Positions 8,311-16,089 of a stretch of 32,000 nt of DNA are shown in pieces. The stretch comes from Candidatus Methanoperedens sp. (GTDB lineage: Archaea; Halobacteriota; Methanosarcinia; Methanosarcinales; Methanoperedenaceae): assembly GCA_041494705.1 (NCBI GenBank), contig JBGQBI010000001.1:60001-92000 (forward strand). Reading direction: 5' to 3'. The position numbers and the translations under genes are program-made. The notes under the pieces are model-generated. The model searched no databases, was not told the DNA's origin, and was given only the letters and a program-made list of their open reading frames with translations. Within the stretch, counting starts at the first letter, position 1. The number at the start of each line of letters is the position of its first letter.

Positions 8311-9807
8311 ATGAAAATTATTCTTGATACAAATATCCTAATTCACATAGAAGATCCAAAGGAGCTATCTAAAAATCTCCAAGATTTACTGAAGATATTT
8401 CGTGAACACGGGCATCAAATATTCATCCACCCGGCATCATTAAGAGATATAGACAATGACCAAAATGAATCCCGAAAAAAGGTTATTTTATCTAAATTAA
8501 ACGGCTACCCGCTTATAGAATCACCACCAAAACCAACAGATGACTTTTTATCCGCAGTAGGGATGGTATCAAATTCCAATGAAATAAACGATAATGAAAT
8601 ACTTTTTGCGATCCAGCGAAATGCGACTGATTTTTTAATTACTGAGGATTATGGTCTTCAGAAAAAAGCAATTCGAGCGAACCTTGAGGATCGTGTGCTA
8701 TCTCTCGATTCGGCATTGGATTATTTTAAGAATCTTTATGCAAGAAAGGCATTACATCATACCCTCTTAAAAGAAGTTTTAGTTCGCAGCCTTGATATAG
8801 AAGACACATTTTTTGATTCTTTAAAAGAGGATTATGGGAATTTGGATTTCAGGGATTGGTTTAAAAGGAAATCAATAGAAGGGCGAAAATGCTGGGTATA
8901 TCGTGAAAACGATAATATCAAGGCACTTTTGATGCTGAAAGAAGAAAATGAGACTATCCCGACATCTCCCCCTATACCGGCAGCAAAGAGACTGAAGATA
9001 GCTACGTTGAAAGTAGATATACCCGGCTCCAAGATGGGCGAGCTTTTTTTGAAAATGGCATTTCAATATTGCATTAGTAACCATATTTTTGAAGCTTTTC
9101 TCACCCATTATCGCAAACTTGACGACCGATTGATACCTCTCATTGAGAATTTCGGATTTGAATTCAGAGGATTTTTAGAAGAACGTAAAGGGATGATGGA
9201 AAAAGAGGAAGTTTATCTTAAAAAACTCATTCCAATAGAAAAAGATTTGCCGCCGATGGATTTAGCGAAAAAATATTATCCATCTTTTAAAGACTCTCCA
9301 AGCATTAGAAAATTCTTAATACCCATTATGCCCGAATATCATGACAGGCTTTTTCCAGATTTTAAAAAACGACAGATGAGAATTACCGATTATTTTGAGA
9401 TTAATATTCCTGGGAATGCTATTAAGAAAGCATATCTTTCGGGCTCGGCAATCAAAAAAATAAGACCTGGAGACCTTCTTCTTTTTTATCGGTCTCATGA
9501 CCTGAAAGCAATAACATCTATCGGGGTTGTTGATCGTGAACCTGTTCACACGAACGAGCCAGAAAAGGTAGTGAGCATAGTTGGGCAAAGGAGTGTATAC
9601 ACTTACGAAGAAATAAAGAACAAAACTCAAGAGGGTGTTTTAGTAATTCTTTTCAGGCATCATCTTAATCTGCCAACGTCTCCTGACTTAAATTATCTTC
9701 GGACTCATAATATTCCAGTGCCCCAGACAATTATAGAATTAAATCATAATCAATATCTAGCTATCAAAAAAGGAGGGAAATTGGATGAACGTTTTACTGT
9801 CAGTTAA
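8311..9807 (+). CDS. Multidomain protein: N-terminal PIN-like nuclease, central GNAT-like acetyltransferase, C-terminal ASCH/PUA-like domain
   Basis: PIN: MKIILDTNILIHIED, NDNEILF, DFLITEDYGL (acidic residues at canonical positions). GNAT-like: LKIATLKVDIPGSKMGELFLKMAFQY followed by LIENFGFEF. C-terminus: FLIPIMPEYHDRLF...GDLLLFY...ITSIGVVD...VPQTIIEL runs parallel to the neighbouring ASCH protein. ATG 8311 is preferred over TTG 8281. Confidence 0.6.
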   Translation: MKIILDTNILIHIEDPKELSKNLQDLLKIFREHGHQIFIHPASLRDIDNDQNESRKKVILSKLNGYPLIESPPKPTDDFLSAVGMVSNSNEINDNEILFAIQRNATDFLITEDYGLQKKAIRANLEDRVLSLDSALDYFKNLYARKALHHTLLKEVLVRSLDIEDTFFDSLKEDYGNLDFRDWFKRKSIEGRKCWVYRENDNIKALLMLKEENETIPTSPPIPAAKRLKIATLKVDIPGSKMGELFLKMAFQYCISNHIFEAFLTHYRKLDDRLIPLIENFGFEFRGFLEERKGMMEKEEVYLKKLIPIEKDLPPMDLAKKYYPSFKDSPSIRKFLIPIMPEYHDRLFPDFKKRQMRITDYFEINIPGNAIKKAYLSGSAIKKIRPGDLLLFYRSHDLKAITSIGVVDREPVHTNEPEKVVSIVGQRSVYTYEEIKNKTQEGVLVILFRHHLNLPTSPDLNYLRTHNIPVPQTIIELNHNQYLAIKKGGKLDERFTVS

Positions 9808-10261
9808 ACCAAAATATGCCGAGGAAATACTATCAGGCAGGAAAAAATACGAGTTCAGAAGGTCTATTTTTAAGAAACAGAATATAGAAAGGGTCTATAT
9901 TTATTCCAGTTCACCTGTAAGTAAAATCGTTGCCGCATTTGAGATTGAACAAATCCTGAAGGGTTCCCCTGAGAAGATCTGGAAGTTATGCCATAAATAT
10001 GCGGGTATATCAAAAAATGATTTTTTCGCTTATTTTAAAAATTCCGATGTGGCGTATGCAATTGAAATTGGGAATGTCGATAGTTTCCTAAACCCGATAG
10101 ATCCACATCATATAATTGAAGATTTCAAACCACCTCAGTCGTTCTATTATGTACCATTAAGTTTTCTCCTGAATCAATTTGATGGTCAATGTAATCAGGT
10201 GCAGAAATATACGCATTTGAGTGAACATTTTTCTGGAATTCCTCTGATAAATAAAATTTGA
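9785..10261 (+). CDS. ASCH-domain protein (PUA-like fold)
   Basis: LLSVKPKYAEEILSGRKKYEFRR...VYIYSSSPVSKIVAAFEI...PPQSFYYV is the classic ASCH pattern. It overlaps the upstream gene by 23 nt. Confidence 0.8.
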   Translation: MNVLLSVKPKYAEEILSGRKKYEFRRSIFKKQNIERVYIYSSSPVSKIVAAFEIEQILKGSPEKIWKLCHKYAGISKNDFFAYFKNSDVAYAIEIGNVDSFLNPIDPHHIIEDFKPPQSFYYVPLSFLLNQFDGQCNQVQKYTHLSEHFSGIPLINKI

Positions 10262-10302
10262 TTATTTAATCTATTTATGAAACCCTATATAGTGTAAAAA
10301 TT

Positions 10303-11175
10303 ATGACCACTTTCGACTCCTCCCACATCGCCCGCTGCGCCCAGCTCGCCATGATTCTTGAGGTCTCAGCCACACCCAAGCCGGGCAACATCGACAGAGA
10401 CCACAACTACACAGACACACGCTTTGAGCACTTTCTGGCAAGCGCCGTGGGCGTGTATCCAATCCTGGAAAAAGCTGCGCGCTCAAATTCCGGCGTTGGC
10501 GCGCTCATCCATGAGGCTGTCACAGAGAGCGGCAAATGGCAAAAAGGTGGCAACACACATTTCGGGGCGTTTCTCCTGCTCATCCCGCTTGCGATGGCGG
10601 CAGGGAAATGTGAAAATAAAACATGCTTGAAAGCGCAAACTCAAAAGGTTGTAAGAGAAACAAACGTGGAGGACGCAATTGAACTATACGGGGCATTTTC
10701 CGAAGCGAAAGTGAAAGTTAAACCTGTTAGCGACCTTGACCTTGGCGATACGGCATCTGTTGACAAAATTAAGTCAAAGGAATTGACCCTCTATAATCTC
10801 ATGGAAATTTCCTGTGGTTATGATATGATAGCAGAGGAATGGCTAAACGGTTTTGAGGGAACTTTTGAGTGCGCCGCGTCCATCCGGAATAAGCTCAAAA
10901 AACATGGTATTAATGATGCCGTTGTACTTACGTTTATGGAACTCCTTTCCACCAATAAAGACACATTCATCCAGACAAAATTCGACAGCAAAAAAGCAGA
11001 GGAGGTTTCCATGCGGGCAAAAGAGATACTGCAAAAAGGGAATATAGACAAGATAAGGGATGAAATACGTTCTTTTGATGAGGAGCTGTTAAACGAGGGC
11101 GTGAATCCCGGCTCAACTGCGGATATAATCATCGCGGGGCTGTTCGTATCGCTTTTTGAGGGGATGAGATTTTGA
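10303..11175 (+). CDS. Triphosphoribosyl-dephospho-CoA synthase (CitG)-like protein
   Basis: ATPKPGNIDR motif near the N-terminus and NPGSTADII near the C-terminus. Length and layout match the CitG/MdcB family. Confidence 0.78.
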   Translation: MTTFDSSHIARCAQLAMILEVSATPKPGNIDRDHNYTDTRFEHFLASAVGVYPILEKAARSNSGVGALIHEAVTESGKWQKGGNTHFGAFLLLIPLAMAAGKCENKTCLKAQTQKVVRETNVEDAIELYGAFSEAKVKVKPVSDLDLGDTASVDKIKSKELTLYNLMEISCGYDMIAEEWLNGFEGTFECAASIRNKLKKHGINDAVVLTFMELLSTNKDTFIQTKFDSKKAEEVSMRAKEILQKGNIDKIRDEIRSFDEELLNEGVNPGSTADIIIAGLFVSLFEGMRF

Positions 11176-11771
11176 TCGCCAGCGGCAAAGCGGCGCTCAT
11201 CGACATTGAAAAGTTCGGGATACAGGAAGGAATATCGGAAGTGATTTTTACAACCATCTCGTCCGACGGCATCCCGAATGCTGCACCTATGGGTTTACAT
11301 AACAAGGACGGCAGGCTCTTTGTGAGGATTTATAATTCAAAGACCCTGGAAAACATTATGAAAAAGCCCATTGCAGCTGCAAATATAGTGGATGACCCTG
11401 TATTGTTCGTGCAGTCGGCGCTTTCTGATGTCGGGCCAGAAAGATTTGAATTCATTGATGGTTTTCCAGTTTTGAAAGATGCTCCTGGATGGATTCTTTT
11501 TGAATGCAAATGTAAAAAGGGCGAAAATATTTCGGTTGTTGAGCTGTCCCCCGTTAAAGGAAAAATAAACACGCGAAAGCTCAAGCCTGTGAATCGCGGT
11601 TTCAATGCGGTCATTGAAGCTTCGATTCATGCCACAAGATATGTTGTGTTCAGGGAGCAAAAATACCTTGAACATATCGAATATTACAATTCTATCGTCA
11701 AAAAATGCGGCGGGGCGTGGGAGAAGGAAGCGATGGGATTGCTTTATGAACTGATTGGACACAAGAAATGA
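11172..11771 (+). CDS. DUF447-family protein (flavin-reductase-like split barrel)
   Basis: EVIFTTISSDGIPNAAPMG is typical of DUF447. TTG start in a TTGA overlap with the CitG-like stop. Confidence 0.65.
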   Translation: MIASGKAALIDIEKFGIQEGISEVIFTTISSDGIPNAAPMGLHNKDGRLFVRIYNSKTLENIMKKPIAAANIVDDPVLFVQSALSDVGPERFEFIDGFPVLKDAPGWILFECKCKKGENISVVELSPVKGKINTRKLKPVNRGFNAVIEASIHATRYVVFREQKYLEHIEYYNSIVKKCGGAWEKEAMGLLYELIGHKK

Positions 11772-11845
11772 GCTAAGGAACTGCCATGAAAAACTTGACC
11801 CAATGTCCAGCTAGGTTAACAGTGTGAAGTTACCTGTGAAATTGG

Positions 11846-12175
11846 TCAATTCTTAACAAATATTTCAAGAACATGCTCCTTCACAGGAGGCTTGTCTTTT
11901 TCCCATGACCGCCTCTGTGCAAGGTGAATGGTTGCATGTCCCGGTACCAGAGCCTCTATAGTAACCAGGACATCCAGGCTATAACCGGGAGGTAGTGGTC
12001 CGGTCTTTTTCCCATCATCCACAAAATCCAATGATACGGAGACTACCTTTTCGATTCCTTCAATATTGTATTCCCAGTTGTAGCCTGCTGCACCCAATCC
12101 TTTCAGTCTGAATGCGTGCTTTTCTCCGGCCTTGAGTTCAATTTTATCTGGAACAACGGATTCAATCGATTCTAT
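11846..12175 (-). CDS. Chagasin-family (I42) cysteine-peptidase inhibitor; the 5' end is uncertain because there is no canonical start
   Basis: [22 protein letters not shown] corresponds to the NPTTGYxW loop, and RRSWEKDKP to the RPW-type loop. The first canonical start (TTG 12097) falls inside the conserved loop. The frame is open up to 12220. An ATA at 12173-12175 overlaps the peptidase TAG. Confidence 0.65.
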   Translation of the reverse strand: MESIESVVPDKIELKAGEKHAFRLKGLGAAGYNWEYNIEGIEKVVSVSLDFVDDGKKTGPLPPGYSLDVLVTIEALVPGHATIHLAQRRSWEKDKPPVKEHVLEIFVKN

Positions 12176-12972
12176 ATTTTTTCTCCCCGCCGGATTGTCC
12201 AGAAATCGTCGGACAAGTTTCTATTTGCAAGATAGTCGTAGGGTATTGTGAAATAACCTTTCATACCCCAATCTTCTCCCCATGAATTGCGGACGATAAA
12301 TCTTTTCTTGGAATCGTCATAACCCACTCCGAGCACTGCATGACCGCCTAACTGCTTCTCGCCGGTCTTCGGCATCGGTACCACTCCGGTCTGCGCAACT
12401 TTCTGGGATTCAAAACTTTCGTACACCGAAAAGCCGAATACGAACGGATATCCATCTGCGAGGCAAGTCCTCATTTCATCAACTGTCTGGATGCGCTGGT
12501 ACGATGTTATTTTATGGGTTGAAGCTTCTTTATAACAGGGTGCGGCTGGCTTCACTGTAAACTTCGAAATATCATACGGCCAGCGTTTTTCTGAACACAC
12601 ACCCTGTTTGTTAAGAGTCTTTATCCCGTCACGGATCATAGCCCCTGAATCCGATGCCACCGAGTGTTCAATGACGCGTTCATTGTAATATATGAACAAT
12701 CTGCTCAATTCGATGTAGGTAACTTTGTCCTTCTTTTCCAGGAATTCCAATGCACCAACGAGGGCATTGCCCGAACAACTGCCAAGTTGCCCCTGGTCTT
12801 CCACCGTTGAACACATGGGACGCAAATCGACAGCAGACGGCAGCTTTGCAGATATCTTACGCACTGCGCTATACATTATGTCCCGGTGGTCGGGCAAATC
12901 TGGAACCCAGCCGTAACCGGATTTTTTCATTTCACTTTTTTTTGTCGAAACAACTTTTTTTTTCACAGGCAT
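12172..12972 (-). CDS. Papain-like (C1 family) cysteine peptidase with no signal peptide
   Basis: Catalytic elements are [11 protein letters not shown] (Gln/Cys), [12 protein letters not shown] (His) and [12 protein letters not shown] (Asn/Trp). The N-terminus is Lys-rich, not hydrophobic. Confidence 0.9.
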   Translation of the reverse strand: MPVKKKVVSTKKSEMKKSGYGWVPDLPDHRDIMYSAVRKISAKLPSAVDLRPMCSTVEDQGQLGSCSGNALVGALEFLEKKDKVTYIELSRLFIYYNERVIEHSVASDSGAMIRDGIKTLNKQGVCSEKRWPYDISKFTVKPAAPCYKEASTHKITSYQRIQTVDEMRTCLADGYPFVFGFSVYESFESQKVAQTGVVPMPKTGEKQLGGHAVLGVGYDDSKKRFIVRNSWGEDWGMKGYFTIPYDYLANRNLSDDFWTIRRGEKI

Positions 12973-13186
12973 ATATATTTCTCCTCTTAATTTTAGTTAA
13001 ATCGTTATTAAAACCCCTGTTCCTCTTAATATAAACTTGTTCTTTTACTATTTATTGATTTTGGAACGGAACCACCTTCACCGATTCCATTAAAAGTTAC
13101 CTGGGAATGTTACAACATCGCAAAAAATTCAAGTTATTCTATGACAATCCCTAACTTCTCATTAAAATTTTACCCTGATTTTCCAA

Positions 13187-13855
13187 TTATTTTTCCGAAA
13201 GTTCAGCCCTGATTACTTTCATGATTCCGTGGTCTCCCATCCAGATATTCCTGGTCTCAACCAGGTCTATCCTTTTCCTGTAATACGGCGCGTCAAGCAC
13301 CAGCGTCTCGTACTCACCGCCCTCGCCTGCAATATGAACCCTGTACTTTCTGTTGAGCGCTTTCAGGTCTTCAATCATCTTTTCATCAAAGCGCCGCCCG
13401 AGCCATGATTCATCCATGCCCGCAGCCGCGACCTTTACCATCCTGATATCCATATATTTTATCATCTCGCAAAGCAGTTCTTCAGGTTCCTTGTGCCACA
13501 GCGGCGCATACATCTTAAGCCCGAGTTCTTCGCAGATGCGCCTCACACGCGAAGCTTGGTATTCGGATTCGATAGCGCCTACCGCAATGCCATCAACCTT
13601 TACCCGGCTCAGGGCAATTTTCAGGTCATCGAGTTCCTTTTCCTTCTCGCCTGTTGATGTCTCTACTGTTAGCGGAATTCCGCTTGCCTGTGAAATCATC
13701 TCGGTGAGATGGATGTTTGCAGAATGGAACATATACGAATCTTCGTTTGCCGGCTTTATTGTGATAAGGTCGGTGACACTATGTCCCTCTTGCAATGCCT
13801 TATATATTGCAAATGACGAGTCCTTGCCGCCGGAAATCAGCGCTGCCAGTTTCAT
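13187..13855 (-). CDS. PP-loop ATPase of the MJ0570/Dph6 family (diphthine-ammonia ligase-like)
   Basis: [15 protein letters not shown]-loop, [12 protein letters not shown] motif, and a length of about 220 aa. Confidence 0.8.
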   Translation of the reverse strand: MKLAALISGGKDSSFAIYKALQEGHSVTDLITIKPANEDSYMFHSANIHLTEMISQASGIPLTVETSTGEKEKELDDLKIALSRVKVDGIAVGAIESEYQASRVRRICEELGLKMYAPLWHKEPEELLCEMIKYMDIRMVKVAAAGMDESWLGRRFDEKMIEDLKALNRKYRVHIAGEGGEYETLVLDAPYYRKRIDLVETRNIWMGDHGIMKVIRAELSEK

Positions 13856-14241
13856 TCTTCTTCCACTGCCGGTTTCTTCTTTTCCTTCTTCTCTTTTCCG
13901 CCTTCAAACTCCTCGACATCGACAACATTAAGAGGAGTGGTTCTTAATGCCTTGCCTATAGTGGATTTTGCAATCCTTGCCGCGTGTTCTTCGCTTTCGG
14001 CATCATATACTTTCATTTCAAGCAAAATGCCCACAAGCGCGGTACCTGCCGCCAGAAAAACACTGTCAAAAGCCTCACTGCATGCCGGGCAACTGGTAGT
14101 GCCAACCTCTATCTCCACAAAGTTCAGGTCAGGATTCAAAAGTTTTCCAACCTCTGAAATCGCTATATTCATTGCATCTTCAACGCTTTCTACATTTTTC
14201 ACAAGCCAGCCGGCTTCAAGTGTAACAATATAATTCGACAT
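13852..14241 (-). CDS. UPF0212/DUF555-family archaeal protein with a Lys/Glu-rich tail
   Basis: [33 protein letters not shown]...CPACSE...[25 protein letters not shown] matches my recollection of the UPF0212 family. ATGA overlap with the downstream PP-loop gene. Confidence 0.6.
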   Translation of the reverse strand: MSNYIVTLEAGWLVKNVESVEDAMNIAISEVGKLLNPDLNFVEIEVGTTSCPACSEAFDSVFLAAGTALVGILLEMKVYDAESEEHAARIAKSTIGKALRTTPLNVVDVEEFEGGKEKKEKKKPAVEEE

Positions 14242-14256
14242 TTTATTATTCCTCTT

Positions 14257-14544
14257 TTAAATCGTAAACAGAGCTTCATCACTCACTTTAAAAACACCAA
14301 GTTTCACACCTGCATCCAGCCATGCATGCCCATAACTGAAACAGGCGAGGGCATTCACCAGATCCCCCTGCTCAATGAAATATTTGCCATCCTTATAGTA
14401 AGACCTTGCCATATTGGAAAAATCCTCTGCAACTTTTCTCAAATGGGAGTTTTCCTGCGGGGCTACCTCAAAAGCCCCAAGAGCCCTGTGCAACATGCCC
14501 TCGTATCTTTCCACTTTTTCCGATAGAACTGCATGACGTTTCAT
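14257..14544 (-). CDS. DUF357-family archaeal protein
   Basis: YYKDGKYF...GDLVNALACFSYGHAWLDAG pattern, and a length of about 95 aa. Confidence 0.55.
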   Translation of the reverse strand: MKRHAVLSEKVERYEGMLHRALGAFEVAPQENSHLRKVAEDFSNMARSYYKDGKYFIEQGDLVNALACFSYGHAWLDAGVKLGVFKVSDEALFTI

Positions 14545-14624
14545 TCAACATTATAATACTGGCAAAGATATGTAAAGGTATTGTAAAACAACTCACAACA
14601 TCTTTGTTTGAGATATTAAAAAAA

Positions 14625-14703
14625 GGTAGAGGATTACAAGATTTCATGGATAGGTTTGGATAGGATAGGAAGCGAATCTTGATAATTATTATTTATCCTC
14701 TAC
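14625..14703. repeat. Nested inverted repeat enclosing three GGATAGG copies
   Basis: The outer arms are GTAGAGGAT (14626-14634) and ATCCTCTAC (14695-14703). The inner arms are CAAGATT (14637-14643) and AATCTTG (14675-14681). The loop contains GGATAGGtttGGATAGGATAGG. Confidence 0.5.
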
Positions 14704-14773
14704 AGAACACATGTTTCTTTTATCATATAATAGTATTTTTCCAAGATTATACCCAAATTGTTTCCAAATTATG

Positions 14774-14806
14774 AATAAAAACTGATTTCCAGAATTAGAA
14801 ATCAGT
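14774..14806 (-). terminator. Stem-loop plus T-run at the 3' end of fae-hps
   Basis: The minus strand reads ACTGATTTC-TAATTCTG-GAAATCAGT-TTTTATT. This is a perfect 9-bp stem that includes the last codons and the stop, followed by an oligo-T tract. Confidence 0.5.
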
Positions 14807-15976
14807 CATTACCCTGTACTGGTCAATCTCGGGCTGCTTGAGTTCTTCAAGGAACTGTTCAGTCATGGAGCGCACATCTTTGGCTTTGGTGATTGCGCGT
14901 CCAACCACGATTATATCCGCGCCTGATTTAAGCGCTTCCTTGACCGTTTCAACACGGATTCCGCCTGCTACCGCCACCAGCAGCCTCTCTGACAGCTTCT
15001 TCATGGCTGGTATGTCTCCCCATGCATGTTCCGCTTTGTTTTCAGTATCAATTGCCCTGTGAAGTTCTACTACATCCGGCTTAACTGTGAGCGACTTTAG
15101 AACCGATAACGGTTTCTCCACGTTCAGCATGTCGATTACAGAGTAGATGCCCGTCTTCTTCGCCTCTTTTATGGCATTCGCGATGGTGGAAACTGGCGCA
15201 AGTCCTGATATTACAATGGCGTCAGCAGTTGCATCCGCGACCATGCGCGCCTCAAGGTTGCCTGTATCCAGCGTTTTTAAATCAGCTACTACAAAGGCAT
15301 TCGGCCGCACTTCCCTTATGGATTGTACCACATTCACGCCATATCTTTTGATAAGCGGAGTTCCGGCCTCGATTATAAGATGATCGCTTTGTGGTATCTG
15401 TTTCAATATGTTCCTGACAGCTTCGATATCGGGTATGTCAATCGCAACCTGAAGGTACGGCGGGTTCCATAACCTGACGACCTTGAATCCCATTATGGGG
15501 TGCATGGTTCTGTCCTTCTCGTACATGAGGGTCTTCTTGTCCGGGAATCCCTGCATCGCCCTTTCAATCGCAAGTTTTGTGGCGCCGTAATTGTAGCGGT
15601 ATATCTTATTGTAATCCTTTGCTTCGGGATGAATAAACACACTGACTACGATTGTAAGCTCTTCAAGCTGGTCTTCGGGGATGACTCCTTCCTGCACGGA
15701 ATCGGCAACCGCCCTTGCTACTGCGGTTTGCGCCGGGCCGAATATCTGGGCAGCCTGTGCCATGTTCTTGACCGTCACTTTCGGCACAATAAGGGTTGCA
15801 GGTTTGGTCAGAAGGTTTGGCCTTATCACTGAAAGAAGGGGAGTGTGCCCCTTGGATAATTGTGTAAAACCGTTCGCAAATGCCTGTCCTACCGGTCCTG
15901 TCTTTTCTCCTATGATCAAATCAATATGAGCAAGTTCTGGTTCCTCGCCGATTAAAGCCTCACCTACTAAAAACAT
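14795..15976 (-). CDS. fae-hps: Bifunctional formaldehyde-activating enzyme / 3-hexulose-6-phosphate synthase
   Basis: N-terminus [23 protein letters not shown] is Fae-like. The C-terminal half is an OMP-decarboxylase/HPS-type barrel ([11 protein letters not shown]...VAGGI...IVVGRAIT). The ~390-aa fusion is typical of methanogenic archaea. Confidence 0.9.
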   Translation of the reverse strand: MFLVGEALIGEEPELAHIDLIIGEKTGPVGQAFANGFTQLSKGHTPLLSVIRPNLLTKPATLIVPKVTVKNMAQAAQIFGPAQTAVARAVADSVQEGVIPEDQLEELTIVVSVFIHPEAKDYNKIYRYNYGATKLAIERAMQGFPDKKTLMYEKDRTMHPIMGFKVVRLWNPPYLQVAIDIPDIEAVRNILKQIPQSDHLIIEAGTPLIKRYGVNVVQSIREVRPNAFVVADLKTLDTGNLEARMVADATADAIVISGLAPVSTIANAIKEAKKTGIYSVIDMLNVEKPLSVLKSLTVKPDVVELHRAIDTENKAEHAWGDIPAMKKLSERLLVAVAGGIRVETVKEALKSGADIIVVGRAITKAKDVRSMTEQFLEELKQPEIDQYRVMTDF

Positions 15977-16089
15977 TATCGTACCTCTGTGCTTTAATTG
16001 ATACTTTGGTATTTATGTATTTCTGCAATAGGAAGCGTTAGATTAATATAGGTTCGGTTAAATATTATCAGTGTATTTTAGCGGAGAAT

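Noticed and set aside
12172-12174. Pyrrolysine-type readthrough of the peptidase TAG, as a way to make a peptidase-inhibitor fusion.
   Set aside because: The inhibitor is in a different frame from the peptidase. In-frame readthrough of the TAG gives about 23 unrelated residues ([22 protein letters not shown]) before a TGA. Readthrough therefore cannot produce the inhibitor.
13353-13931. Long antisense ORFs inside well-supported genes. Examples are 13353..13931, 7300..7866, 7014..7478, 3475..3975, 19889..20326, 21495..21878, 22086..22475, 10358..10630 and 23308..23676.
   Set aside because: Each lies opposite to, or out of frame with, a gene that has clear family motifs. Their translations are Ser/Arg/Pro/Cys-rich or low-complexity, which is typical of shadow ORFs. 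None shows a recognisable motif.
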